Assembly: GCA_965287045.1 (NCBI GenBank)
Contig: OZ336874.1
Coordinates: forward strand, 44,206,001 to 44,270,000
Source: Carcharhinus amblyrhynchos
Taxonomy: Eukaryota
Direction of reading: 5' to 3'
Length of the DNA stretch: 64,000 bases
Shown: positions 12,801 through 27,800 of the stretch, one piece after another
How the letters are laid out: the number at the start of each line of letters is the position of its first letter
Position numbering within the stretch: position 1 is the stretch's first letter
Translations under genes and position numbers: made by a program
The notes under the pieces: model-generated
What the model saw: the letters and a program-made list of their open reading frames with translations, nothing else
Database searches by the model: none
What the model was told of the DNA's origin: nothing

Positions 12801-15800
12801 TTGACTGCCACAGAAGCTGGTTCCCTCAAGTCTGTGTCAAAGAGGATCTTTCTTTCAGTTCCATTAAATGTAGCCACAGAGATAGTTTTAGCACCACGAT
12901 CTGTCCAATAAATATGCTTGTAGATCCAATCCACTGCAATCCCCACAGGAATTGCAACATCCTTGATAACTTGAGAAATACTGGTTTTACTTTTCTTTTC
13001 ATACATGAACATACTAAGGAAAGAAAAGAATACCATTGTTACATCAACTAACCTAAATGTGAGCTTTAGAAGCTGGAAATGCTTACTACCAAAGCCAAGT
13101 TGAAATTTATCAATCCTCTTCAACATACATACAATAAGGGTAGCTGAAGTTCAGATATAGACTGACAGTCAGATTAATAGTGACTAGTTCTAACTGAAGT
13201 TATGGGATCAAGTCAAAACCTTCATGCAGTTAAACAAAATCAGCTTTATTCTTGTTAAGAATATTTTACCCAAAAACAGTACCATCTAGCAAAAAAGTTC
13301 AGTTTCAGTACTGTAACCACCAGTATTGCTTCTTGTTTCATTACCTGAAAATTGCTTGCTGCCCCAAGTCAGCCCAGAAGATTCTCTGTTCAGCAATGTC
13401 AGCACCCAATGCGACAGCATTTCTCAGCTGTGCAGCTACCTGGGTGTACTCGTGGTGATGCAGTCCTAGCTTTCGGATGTCATGACGATTAGTAAAGATT
13501 AAATAAGGCTCTTTGCCTAGGAAAAGATAGTATTTACACAGTTCAGTAGTGTACACTAAATTTCCTTGCTCAAACAGCCCAATAGACCATATTAAGGACA
13601 TGGTTACATCTAGGGCCTGAAGTTAACTCAAACAGCTCGAGGCCCCCAAATTCATGGCAACCAGAATTTCAGATTAAATTCCATGCAGTGCCATCTAGCT
13701 TTACCAAGGCCACATGTCCCAAATAGCAACACTGGGCAAGTCAGTGTTGATAAAGCACATTAGAGATGACACTATCAAAACCCTTCACATGTCAATAACA
13801 AGCTTGGATCCAAATACTCAGCTTCTTGGTCTGGTATTAAACTCAGATTTGTTAATTTCAATATTAACTGAAAACGAGTAGTAGTGAGGTGTTGCTTTGT
13901 GTTCAAGCTAGGAGTGGAAATAACAAATTTTTCCAAAATACACAATCAGGGAGGTAAGATTCACCATCCATTTTTGGTGATGTATCCAAGGTGCAGCAAC
14001 AAAATTAGAAGCAACAAAAACTTTGCATCAACATGACTCAAAAAGAACATGCTTGCTACTTTTGATAATTTCTTTACCCTAGTCTTCCAAACATCTTCAA
14101 TTTTCCACTTGGGATATCACAAATTACTCAAGTACAAGAAAGCAGCACCACCACATTTTAACAAACTAAACATCAAGCTGGGAAGTCATTTTTGTTCCAT
14201 TTACCTCCAACTGCCTTGCAAATGTGATTCGTTGCATCCATGCGATATCCTGCAAAGCATGCACATTCAAAGCTTCCGTTTATATTAATGCAAATTTGAC
14301 TGCAGGCACCAGGATCCTGACATTCATCAATATCTATAAAAAATTCAAATACTCAAGGTTTTAGGCAAATGAGGCAGAAATTTTGCTCAGACTTCCAACT
14401 AGTTAATCTGAGCTGATTTCAAAATCAGAGTCTAATCAATACACAGATGGTTCCAGAAAGCAACTGTCCCTACCTCAATCTTCAGGAGGCTTACCCAGAG
14501 ATCAGTGCAATTGTAATCTACCTTGTCAGGACATGCCCTAAATCTGGCCACCTTTGACAAAAATATTGGTGCACAGCCTTCTTGAAATAATGCAACCCAT
14601 AAGAGATGGTACTCCCAAAAAAGTGTTTTAGGTAGGGAGTGCCAGTTTTAACCTAGTGAAGATACATGTATAATTCTGACTTGCACATTACCTAGGTACT
14701 ATGCCAGCAAGTGGAGCAAAAAAAAACCAACTTGCCCAAGAGGTCTTGGCAAGTAGACCATGTGTACTATAGACAAATAAGGTGTAGTGGAGGCCTTAAA
14801 ATTAATGACCATGGAGTCCTTACATTCAACTTGCTTGGGTAGCTACACCATTTGTGGTCAGTTGACTTCCTGGGTGTTGAAGATGGAAGATCAATGGCAA
14901 TACCACTAAATATGTAGATGGTTGTAAATCCTTTGCCTGGCATTTGGATAGTTAGAGCATCTTCATTCTCTCTCCATGAAATTTTGCTCAGGATTATATG
15001 TCAGCAAGTCACTTACCTTCACAGGCTGTTCCATTAATCAACTCAAAGCCAGCAGGACAGTCACATTCATAACCAATCACAAGATCTCTGCAGATGTGAG
15101 GGCAACCTCCATTGTTCACTAAGCATTCATTTAGGTCTGTACAGAGAAAGAAAGAATGAATGCTTTATAAATATGGAACTAGAATACTTGCAGTTTGATT
15201 TATTGATTCTGCATAGTGAGGGGGACATCTTTAGTCCAGAATTCATTGTAGCACTATATTTAAGCACTCTGCCAAAAAAAGTTAGCAAAGGAAATTTTAT
15301 GTAAACCTACATGTTTCATATAAAATGGAGTAATGGAGTGTTGCAAAACAAAGTTATCCAAGCAGAACATTAAGGATTTTTGTAACAATGATAATTAAGT
15401 ATATGACCAGCTATATTTAAACTGCTCAATAGCAACTAATTCTGGGTTCCAAAGAGTTTGAAAATTTAATTGAGAATGAGTATGTTATGACTGCATTACT
15501 TTAGGTTTCAAGTCCAGATAGTACATGAAGTGAAGCTTAGTTCTCATCAAGGCACTTGACTTCATAGCATGGGAAGGAGTGTAATAAGCAGGCCAACTTA
15601 GTTAAATTACTCTCCATTTCAACATTAAAGTTACACCAATTGTGGAACTCCCCACACAATTTGTGGGGTCTAAAATGGCCTGGATTGTGAAATGTGCATC
15701 TAATTTAGTTCAAGGCACCTGTCAAGTCCTGACATTCCAAACAATTACCATAATCTAGGTTGTGTGGAAACTCAAATGTACTCTCCAGTATAATGAGGTT

Positions 15801-18800
15801 CACAATCTCCAGTTTGCCAATGTTAAAATTCATTTCATACATTGAACAATGGAGGCCCAAGATCACGTCTTGGAGTGGTGCAAGAATAAGACAGAATAAG
15901 ACAAAATAAGACAAGTGACAAAAGTAGGTTTAAACTATAGTATAAAGGCAAAAAAAGTATGATGCAGAGGGGGTCAGGGAAGGAAATCAGTTAACATAGC
16001 TGTAACCCCACTGCCAAAAATGATGGCTTGCACCAAGTCAAGAATGTAAAAATTCTGTTTTTAAGAGCTGGATTAGATTAGAGAAAGGGAAGGATGGAGG
16101 GTCAAAGTCTATAAAAGGCAAAAATTGTGTTGGGAGCAGGAAGCCAAATGCAAAAAAAAAGTGAGAACAGGAACAAAAGATGGTGCTGCAGAGCTTTGAA
16201 TGTGCCAAGAGCGAGGGACAAGCATTGTAATGTCACGAGGCAAGAGAAGACTCTGCTGACGGATTGTACTAGGGACTTACAGGATTAAATACTGAAGGCA
16301 AGCAAGTGCTCAGGCAGTGGAAAGAATGTCAAAAGTCAGAAATTCTGCTTATGGCTGAACAGAATGTGAAGGTTGTGAACCTGAGGCAATAATATATCAG
16401 GACAGTAGTTAGACCAGCACAGGTTGTGGTCGAAGCTACCAAGATGGAGTATTATAAGCTCAAGAGGAGGGTAGAGGCTTGATAGAGTGGAAGATATTAA
16501 TGTGAATTCTTCATATTTTTAGATATTGCCAAAGGATAAAAGTGATAATGACACAGTGAAGAAAATACATTGCCAGTGATGCTCTGATGAATGGTATAGC
16601 CAAGTGCAGAATAAACTTGATTTGGACAAGAGGAGCAGTTTCATCAGTGCAAAGGATTTGGGGGGTGGGGGGGAAGAAAGAGGAAGATTTAAGCACCATG
16701 GTTGAGATGAATATAGGAGTAAATTAAATTTAGTTTTCAAATTAAAAAGCCATAAATACACTTACAACAATATTTGAGGGGCTCATCACTCCAGTCCTTG
16801 CAATCCTGATGCCGATCACATACTTGGTCTTTAGCTATGCATTCTCCACTTTGACATTTGAAGTTATTTGGCCCTGTACATTCTAGGGACAGAGAAAGTC
16901 AGGTTAGTGACTTGGAAATGGCAACTTAATTCTTATCCAGTGGACAGATACTTACCATTCTTACAGTTCAACTCATCACTGCCATCAATGCAGTCTTTAA
17001 ACCCATTGCATTGCTTGTCTGCAGGAATGCAACTACCATTGCCACATGGAAAGTAATGCGGTGGACATGTTGGATGAGGAGCTGAAAAATCAGATGACAT
17101 TTGATTTACTGAAGAGCTTGACATACACACACTGGCCCAACTTGTCCATGCCACCCAGTTGTTAAAACCACCAAGCTAATTACCCACATCCCTCTTACCC
17201 ATGTAACTATCCAAATGCTTTAAAAAAGACAATTATACCTGCCTCTGGCAGCTCATTTCAGACACTCACCACCCAATGAAAATTGCTCCTCTGGATCCTT
17301 AAACCTATGTCCATAGTTTTAGGCTCTCCTACCTTTAGGAAAAGATGTTGACTATCTACTTATGTCCTGCATGTTATAGTCCTCTAGAAAAATCACCTTG
17401 GAAATCTCAGGATAGGCTGAGTGAAAAGGCACAGCTCCTTCTCCCCAATACATTGACTTAATGAGCAAGTTGAGCTATCCTCTTGAAATAGCTTATCAAC
17501 ACCTCACCATTAATACCATTGGATTTGTTGCATGAGAAAAATTAAAATAGAAGGTGGAACTGAACTTTTAGAGGAATGCACATAACTATTAGAAAATACT
17601 GCTATTAAAAAGTTAAGCATAAATTAGAACATAGCTAACAAACGATTGGTTATTAAGTTTTGCTCATTGTACACCATCTACTTTGCATCAAGACCAAATA
17701 CTAAACAACTGAAACTGCATACACTTGCACATGCAAAGTAATCAGCAATGCAAGCACATTTAAAAAAAAACAGGATTTGTAAACACCAAATTTCCATCAC
17801 AAGTGTCAGGGCATCATCCAATATAGAGATGGGTTCTGTTTGTCAGAAAAGCAGCAATGGCAGTTCAGGATCATTGACCAACCCCTGATATTTGCTCATC
17901 TATAATACTTGGTAGGAACAGGGCTTTTTTTTTAAGAAAACTGGTTACATCATCTACAGCATAGACAACAGCAAGTTCCAGAGCAGCCATTACTAATGGG
18001 TAATTGTAGATTAGATCCAATCCAATTGGTATGGTATGTCATGTCATGTCATGTCCTCAAGTGCTCTACATTCTACCAGACGTGCTGCCATTGTGTTATA
18101 AAGAGGCTTAGAGATGGAAAAAAAAAGGAATTTCTCCCCCTACCTAACCAGCTATATTCAGTTTATTTACACATTTGCTAGTCAATTCAATTAATTATTC
18201 CAGCCATTTGGTTTTGCAGAAACCAAATCAGCCAGGTGATTGAAGATTTATTAGGAGTGCTTTTTGGGAATAGTGATCATAATTCCACAAGTTAAAAAAG
18301 GTGCTTGTGGATAAGGACAAGAGTGGTCCTTTGGACAGAGGGTAGTCAGAGGAAGGATTGGTCCACTCAAGGATAGCAGAGGGAAACTATACATGGAACA
18401 AGGAAATGGGCAAGGTTTTAAAATGAATACTTTGCCTCGGTATTCACCAAAGAGAGGGATTTGATGGATGAGGAGCCTCAGGTAGGGTGTGTCGATATTC
18501 CAGGTCATGTCAATATCAAAAAATATTTTGGTTGTCTTAAAGCATTAAAGTAGATAAGTCCCCAGGGCCCAACAGGATCTACCCCAGAATACTGAGGGAG
18601 GCAAGGGCAGAAATTGCTGGACCCTTGACAGAAATCTTTGTTTCCTCACTGGCTCTCTAGGATGTCACCTGTAGCCAATGTTGTTCCATTGTTTAAGGGC
18701 AGCAGGATAATCTGGGAAGTTTAGGTCAGTAAGCCTCAAGGTCAGTGGTAGGGAAATTGGAAAACATTCTCAAGGACAGGATTTACTCACATTCGGAAAC

Positions 18801-21800
18801 AATGGACTCTGGGTGATAGACAACATGTTTGTGTAAAGGGGAGGTTGTGCCTCACTAACCTGATTGAGTTTTGAGAAAAGTAACAAAGATGATAAATGAG
18901 ATGACAAAGGCAGTGGATGTAGTAAACATTGACTTCAGTAAAACCTTTGACAAGGTACAAAAAAAAGGTGAAGTCACATAGGATCAGAGAGCTGGCAATA
19001 TGGATACAGAAGCTGATTTGATTAGCAAGTTTGCAGACAACACAAAAATTGGTGACGTTGCAAATAGTGAAGATGATTCAGCAAGATATGGACCAGTTGG
19101 AGAAATGACAGCTTAACCTGAATAATGAATTTTGGAAAGTTCAATGCATGTAGGAATTATACAGTAATGATAGAATCCTTTGGAATATTGACAGGCAGAT
19201 CTGGGTGTACAATGTCCACTGATCAAAGTGGCAATGCAGGTGGATAAGGTAGTCAAGAAACATGGCATGCTTACCTTCACCAGTCAGGGCGTTGAATATA
19301 AAAACTGGTAGGTCATATTGCAGCTGTACAGAACAAGTTAAACTTAATTTAGAATGTGCACACAATTCTGGTCACCACACTACTGAAAGGATGTGGATGC
19401 TGGAGAGGATAGAGGTGGTTTACCAGGATGTTATCTGGTCTGAAGGGTATTAGCTATGAGAGGTGACCTGGTGGAGGTCAACAAGGTTTGAATGGATAGT
19501 CAGATGTGGTTTCCTAGGGTAGAAAAATCAAGTACTGGGGACATATGTTTAAAGGCACATGGGGAAAGTTTAGAAATATATGAGAGAGACAAGTTTTTTT
19601 TAAAAAAATATGCACACAGGTGAATGTCTGCTGCCTGGGGAGTGGTGGCAGCAGCTACAATAGCAGCATTTAAGAGGGAAACTAGATGAATATGTGAACA
19701 AAATGATAAAGGATACAGACTCCATAAGTGCATACTACTTTAGTTAGACAGGCATCATGATTGGCACAGGGTTGGAGGACCAAAAAGGGCCTGTTCTTAC
19801 GCTATACTCCATTAACCAAACCATCTCTGCAAAGTGGAAGCCACAACTTTGTAAGTTGGTGAAGGAGGGGCTTCAGTGTGCACGCACTGTCAGATATTTA
19901 TATATAGTGTTGATGTGGAAATTCAATTGGAAATAGTTGTTCACTAGGTCAATTAGTTTTGATGAATCCAAATTCTCCTGGGCCAAAATGTTTCCTGAAA
20001 TGTTCTTTTCCCCAGGGTCCAAAACAAGAGGGCATAGGTTTTAGGGGGGGGGGGGAGGAATTTAAAAGAAAAAGAGGGACCCGAGGGCGGTGCATATATG
20101 GAATAAGCTGGTGGAGGCAGGTACAATTACAAATCACAAGACATTTGGACAGGTACGTGGATAAGGAAGGTTTAGGAGGGATATGGGGCAAATGGGACTA
20201 GTTCAGTTTAGGAGACCTGGTCAGCATGACTAGTTGGGATAAAAAAGGGCTGTTTCTACACCATACCTGTATGACTCAAGATGGAGGAGGAGTTCATGAT
20301 TACTGGAATACCCTGAAGCTTTTGCTTCAGGCAAAAACTGTAAAAAAGGAGAGTTAAAGAGTAACAGCTTCTAGGAGGGGATTCCATATATGGAGAATAT
20401 CAATATTTAACATTGTCATACAAGCATTCATTACCTGGAACCATCTGCCCAAGGTAGCTGATGAATTTGGAATGTGAGAAACTATTACCTGGACACATTT
20501 GACTATTCAAAAAGCTGTGTAGAGAAACAAACTTCTGCCCACACAGCTCTAATGCATTTTAGAGAAAGACATTTTCTGGTACAACCCAATGTACACTGAG
20601 GGGTCTCATCTGCAAGGATTGAAATTTTACTCAACTGAACTTACTGGAGCTGGATTGGCACTTGCACAAACATGCATGAATGCTATACTGCGTGCTTCAG
20701 ACATCAACATCTGATCATGACCTACAGTGCTATAGAACAAATCATAGTAAGACTGAACTTGTTCCACAAGTGGAAAAAGCAGAACCTGAAGATCTTAAAA
20801 AAAATCACAGCCAGATAAAGTTAAGCTAAGCTTTCAGGTCGAGTATTTCTACTTGACTACCTCACTAAAGATGTTCAAACTGTAAAAAATTCTCCAATAT
20901 GCAACTTAATTTTATTCTACAATTGATGAACTTTGGTGTAGAGACAGTAACTTGAACAGATGGATTGCAACAGTATGACTAAAATATTTTAATGGAGAGA
21001 AAGCTGATAGCATTTTTCACAGATCCTGGAAAAATTGATACTTGTCATCCACATACTACCAGGTGTACAGAGACAACTAATTTGGCACTTAGTTTTCCAA
21101 TGTTATCCAAGGTCAGTTCTTTACACAGACCTTTGGCATTGTCTTCTGCTTATCACTCCAAATCAGTGAAAATGTCAGTGGCATTCTTGGAGCCAGCTTG
21201 CTAAAAGTTACCTATTTCACAGCACTCAAATCTGCTACCCCAATGTGGCACTAATAAAAAGTTAGACCACTTACAGCAGTTGGCTTCATCACTTCCATCT
21301 TTACAGTCAGTATCACCATCACAGTACCATCGAGCATGGATGCATTCACCAGAATCACACTGCCTTTCAGTAGGCAAACAAGTCACAAAAGGAAGCACAT
21401 GCCCACAACGTTCTGGAGATTCATCAGATTGGTCAGTACAGTCAGTGTTAGTGTCACAGACCCAGCCCAAAGGGATGCATTCAGAATTATTACACTGAAA
21501 CTCATGTGGGCCACACGAAATTGGTGCACAGTTTTTCTCATCACTTCCATCACCACAATCATCATCACTATTGCAAACAAATGCCTTGGAAATGCATCTG
21601 CCATTTGCACAGGTAAACTCTTCTGCACTGCAAACAACGTCTGAAAAACAGTTTTATTGCAAACAAAAAGGTAAATATTTTGTAAAACCTAGAGACAACA
21701 GGTGACAATTTTAAAAAGATGAGAATTTCAATGAAGGATAATTTATTGTAAAAATTAAGCCAGAATATTGCATTCATTCTGGACACTATTCTAGAAATAG

Positions 21801-24800
21801 ACAGAGGCACCAGAATATTGAGGGGTGAGACTAAGACAGGGCTATTCACAGGATGAACAAGGATAGATTTAAAAATCATTAATAAAAAGGCACAGATTAA
21901 CTAGTGAATTCAGGAGGGTCCAAGCTGAAGGTTAGTGGCAAAATTAAGTTCCAAAATGTGAGGTTGGTATTAAGGTAGCAGCAGAGTGAACAATTCTATA
22001 GCACAGATTAAGAGCTTTCAAAACTTAATGATCCAGCATCTACTTACCACAATCATTCTCATCTCTGCCAGTAGTACAATCCTCTACTCCATCACACTTC
22101 CAAAAGATGGGAATACATGGTAACCCAGGGCCACAGCTCATTTCATCAGAAGCACAGGTCCTCTTGTCTAAAAGAAAAAGCATATTAAACTCTACAAGAC
22201 TTTTGTCCAAGTAGGAAGTCAGTCAGGGTTTCTACCAACATTAGGACAAAGCAAAATAAGACAGGCCATGGAGTTGAGAAGTATGGAGGCAAGTTTGAGC
22301 AGCCAAATTGCATCTAACTGGTTTATACAAATGCCAGAAGTTAACCCAGAGATAACAGGACCCCATTCCTTCACAAGGATATTGCAACAACCCTCAAAAG
22401 GGGAAGGAAAAAAGATGGACTCCACATTGTGCAAGGATCTACACTAATGCCAGTGTAATCATTACTGTACAAGCTGCCAAAAACAGCAACATAATGACCA
22501 GAATTTTACTGCAATGCAGATTGAGATATCAATATCAGCTAGATGGGAATAACTTGCTGGCCTAAAGTGCCATGGTATCAACCCACTGGGCAAGGTCAGA
22601 CAGGACATCTGTTTAACATCCTATTCAAAAGGATAAAAATCATTAGCATGAGCTTGGGAGTAATTACCCACTAGTTTCACAGAATGTGCCAGAAAAACAA
22701 GCACTGATGCATTCAGATGTGGTTTCACATCACTAAGTGCTTCCTGCCCTGAAAATTTAAATATGGCATTGATTCCTTTCAAAAAGGTTAGTATTCAAAT
22801 CTCAACCTAAATTGTAGTTTGGTAGTACAGAACTTGAATACTGCTGAAGAGAATTATATTGCAAAAGCAATCATTTAATTTGACAATTTATGCCAAAGTG
22901 TTGAATGGTTGCCAAGTCCAACTCTGATGAAGTATTGCCACAAAGCACCAATAATTGAAGTGCAGGCCTGAACATATTTCTCTTGTTTGCACAACAGATC
23001 CCTGCACATGAGCATGTCACTTCCAGCCTTTTGGCTAAGATCAAGCATAGTATTGACATCCTGCATTTAAGGCTTCAAATGAAGCCTTTTTTTTTTAAAA
23101 AGAAACAGCATCTTGGCCTTTAAGATGCAAAAAAGACAAACCTTGGAAGTGCAATGCCTACTCCAATAGTTTGGAGCATGTAGATCAAGCCCAAGGTGGG
23201 AAGAAGCTTGCCTGTTTGGTCAGCTTGGATCAGGAATGTCTCACTTGAGATTTAAGGGATTGAATTGTATATAAATAAAGTCACTTCCAGCACACTTCAT
23301 TCAATTGGTGAGTACTGCCCAATTGCAGATTCACATTTAATTTAGTAGATATTTTGGATTTTGTTACTCTGCCTATGTTTTATTTGATCAAATCATTGGG
23401 GTAGTGACCCTCAGCATTGTAGTGATACTGAAATGCATACATGACATTGCCAAATTGTGGGGTGGCTGGTTGATTTAATAGACTGTACTCAACCCATCTA
23501 TACTTGCAAAATAAGAAAATTCATAGAAACCCTACAGTGCAGAAGAGGCCATTCAGCCCATCAAATCTACACCAACCACAATCCCATCCAGGCCCTACCC
23601 CACATTCCTCCATATTTTACCTGCTAATCTACCACAATTTAGGACATGGGGGAAATTTTAGCATGGCCAATCAACCTAAACTGCACATCTTTGGACTGAG
23701 AGGAAACCCACACAGACATGAGAATATGCAAACTCCACAAAGTGACCCAAGCCAGGAATCAAACCCAGGTCCCTGGAGCTGTGAAGCAGCAGTGCTCACC
23801 ACTGTGCTACCATGCCACCAACTGTTAGACACAAAATTGTTAGACACATTTGCAGTAAACTGATGCCACTCATTTACATTCAAGGAAACGTATTCAACCT
23901 TCAACTTCTGAATTACCAGATTGTGAAATCCTCTCTGGCAAAACCTTAACTATGAGCCAGCTATCACTGCATTATAAAGAATCTGAAATTTAGCAACTGT
24001 CTCAATGAATACAAGACAAAGTTACAGCAATATGGCCCTTTCCAGCAATATTGTTCAGTCTAGAATAGTCCTGTTACTTTCTTACTCTTCAAGTAGATCA
24101 GATCTGTGGTCAAAAAGTCTAGAATAAAAACTGGACAGTTGTCTGTAAGGGGACTAGCAACTGTTTTAAGCAAGTCTTAAAAATACTGCATGGGGTGGGG
24201 GGAAAAGAGAAAAAAGGCAATAGACTGCAGTCAGTTTAAATTGACTGATCAATAAACCATTTGCTGGAAAAGTCAAAACCATCAGCCTTATGCCTATGTA
24301 AAGTCCAGAAAGAGAAGCAGCAACTCCCATTCTGAGTCAGCTTTAATAACCCATTCCCTAAAGCACATATATTGACAATATCAAATATAGGTGTTAATTT
24401 AATATTCAAAACCATTGAAGAGGCTAAGTGAGATTTAGTAACCATCATGCAGACTAATTTACCTAAACCGCAAACAAAAATTACTCCCAATTCAAGTGTT
24501 GTTTACACATTTAAAACTGAATATTTGCTTATATGCAATAGCAAATACTTACAGCAGAGTTCTGTGTTTTCATCAGATCCATCTTCACAATCAGCATGAC
24601 CATTACACTTCAGCTTATTGGGTATACATTGCCCATTGTGGCACACAAAGTCTGATGCTTCACAGGTTGCAGTGTTAACTGTTTGGAAGGAGGATCAATT
24701 AAAATAAGATCTTACATATTACTAACCAGAACATCTATTAGAGAGAAATAGCAAGAGTGGTTTAAGCTGCTAAAGATTCATATGCAGTTGCACTCTACCT

Positions 24801-27800
24801 CTGGTTCCACAAGCACCGGTTACCCATATACTTCACATGTAGCTGAACAAGTGGTAGGCCATCCTACCAGGCATTAATTTCATTGCTCTAGGGCAAGGCC
24901 AGACAACTAAGACAGAAGTGGACCAGTATCTACAAAGAGCAACCTGCAAGTTACAAATTTGAACTGGCAAGAAAAAAACAAACCATGACATTTGGGGCAT
25001 TTAAAGTTAAAACAGCATATCATAGAATACTGCAGATAATTTACTATCCAATGCCAAAACTGCTGAACTTCAATTGCACAATTCACCTCACATGATGGCA
25101 ATTTTTAGGTGTATTTATTTAGTAACAGTCCAAACCTTTGTGGCAGGGGATCTCTTGATTATGCATGCCCACCAGTTTAAAATGCATAGTTTACTGATTT
25201 TAAACTAGGGACAGGAAATACTGCACAAGGAATATTTCCAAGAGGTCTTTGGAAGTTTATAGCTCCAATTCAGAAATTGATAGCTGGAGACACACTCAAG
25301 AAACAGAAGGAAGGGATCCTAGAAATTCAGGGAGAAGTCCATCAGAACTTTGTTCTGACTCCAGATGTCAAGGCGTTTCAGATTTCCAGCTTAGATGCCC
25401 AATATGATTGAGCAATATCTTGCTCAATCAAGTAGTATGTGAAAAAGCATTGAACTTAAAAATTCAACTCGCAAATATCTGCCCACAAGTCAGCAAGGCA
25501 AGTCTATCAAATGCACTCATCTGCAGGCATTCACCATTATTTGTGAGAATTTTAGCCACACATGCATCTATGTTGCAATTCATTTGTTAATGACTTACAA
25601 CTAGTCAACTGAGACTCCTTGAATATTTTTGTGAAATTGTACTTTATACAGTGACCAGATTAGTGACTTCAATTGCAGCAATTTTGACCCATTCAATAAG
25701 TGGAAGCTTTTTGTAGTCAATTACAATCAATGATTCATAGACTATTTTACATTTGAGCTTTGAGTAATGAATTGGGCAGAATTGTGTTGCTCAATTTCTA
25801 ATACCTTTCCCCCAGATGGTGACTAAATTCCAGGCTATAACATTCAATGTTAAATACGTGAACAAGCTAAAATTGTTCTTACTTCTTGTACACCGCTTTC
25901 CATCTTTGTTCAGTTCAAAGCCAGCTGGACATACACAAGTATGTGTTACTGAATTCACAGATATGCGAGGAGCAGGAAGACACATGTATTCACAGCCTCC
26001 ATTCAAACTCTCACTGCACCAATTTTTGCCTGTTGAAAGTTTAAGAAAATCATCACTGGGAAAAAGGCATGTAATCAAATCATTCAAGATTAGTTCTGCC
26101 ACACAGCTCGCCAATTCAGAATTTTGATTTACTACAAACTTAAGTTTTTGTTATTAGTGATATAAAATGTTACATCAGTCAACTTGTCAAAGAACAAATT
26201 GGTTTCCATAGGGTGACAAGGATAAAGGCTTACTGTACAATTACAGCAATCAGCCAATAGAAGTACAATCTCTTGTCAGATTGCTAGTTACAAAACTAAA
26301 AGATTATTGCAGCACAAGATTTACTGCTTGGAATAGCTTAATCTTAAACACAAAGGGGATGATTTTAGGGCAATGCTGGCACAGTAGTTAGTACTGCTCT
26401 GTCAGCTCTAGGGACCCGAATTCAATTCCAGCTTTGTGCAACTCCAGGCAGTTGCACATTCTTCCCATAACTGCATGGGTTTCCTCCCACACTCCAAAAA
26501 TGTGCAGGTTAGATAGCATGGCTGGCCAACCAAAATCACCCCTTAGTCAGGGGATTAGCAGTGTAAATTCATGGGAATACAGCCTATGTGGAATTGCTGT
26601 TCATGCAGGCTTGATGGGCCAAATGACCCCCTTCTGCACTGAAGGGATTCTATGATATTTCATTTTCCAAATTGATTTGAGTTAATTTTGACTAGCTGAT
26701 TCTTGTACAGCTCATGAGAATGGCAAGTCTCACCCTTAAATCAAAATGTCCTACCTGATGGCTGTGTTAACTTGTGATAAGCAATCATATCATGAGGTTC
26801 GTCGAGATGGGAGACTAATGTCACCACATTGGCCCCTGTGAACTTATTAGCACTATAAATGATTTCTTCCTCACCATCAATCCAAAAGATACGATCCTAA
26901 AACAGTCAAATTAGATATTACCCAAAATCTTGAATTGATGCCAGTGCAAGTATACCTTGATTTGTACAAAATGCATACTTCAACTGACATTTTTAGATGC
27001 AAGACTGATGTATACAAGCAAAAATACAGAAAACAAAGAAGGACTTGTTTCAAAGAAAGAGAATGACTTCCAAACAAAAGTCCACAAATATTAAAATCAA
27101 GTTACAAATTACATTGACTTACATAAGGTACTTTCCCCTTAAACTTCTACCCCACAATTGAATCCCTTACTAGCACCAGTTATTTTTGGATTTGATATTT
27201 TAGTTAACACCCATAACCTGGATAACAGAAAATACACTTGTTAGCTGATGCTAATTCTGCACACTAGTCACAAAACTGGAGTAGATCAGTTACTTTCCTA
27301 CAATAGGAGGAAACATTTGCTTTTTGCATATCCCTCCAACAGTAAGCCAACATCTATTGGTTGTTTAAAGAATAATTGAGTCTTATTCAGTATCTAGCTA
27401 TTAGCTGATCTGAGGGGGTGGTATATCACTCCCTTACTTGCAAATACACCATTTAAGACTTTGAACTCAATACATAAATAGTACTAACTGGGTTAAATGA
27501 GCTTACAAGCTCGTGCTGCTTAATTCAACTCCAGCTCCACTTACAGTAATTAAAGTTCTGGCGATGCCTCTTACCTCAAAGATAGACACAGCAAGAGGAT
27601 GGATAAGAAATTCTTCAGACTGCAATACAGTTCTTCTATCCTGACCATTTAGATCAATGCTCGACAGCATGTGCAGTTTTGAATCAACCCAGTAAAGGCG
27701 GCTTTTCACAAGATCTGTGAACAGATTTGATGTATGGAGTTAAGCAAAACCCTGATAATGAATGCTGCAAAGCAGGTTTCAGTTTACTTACCAAGTGTAA

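Noticed and set aside
23016-23053. Functional U2 snRNA gene
   Set aside because: Only the first ~39 nt are present, with mismatches; there is no Sm site or 3' domain (same for 49571-49604)
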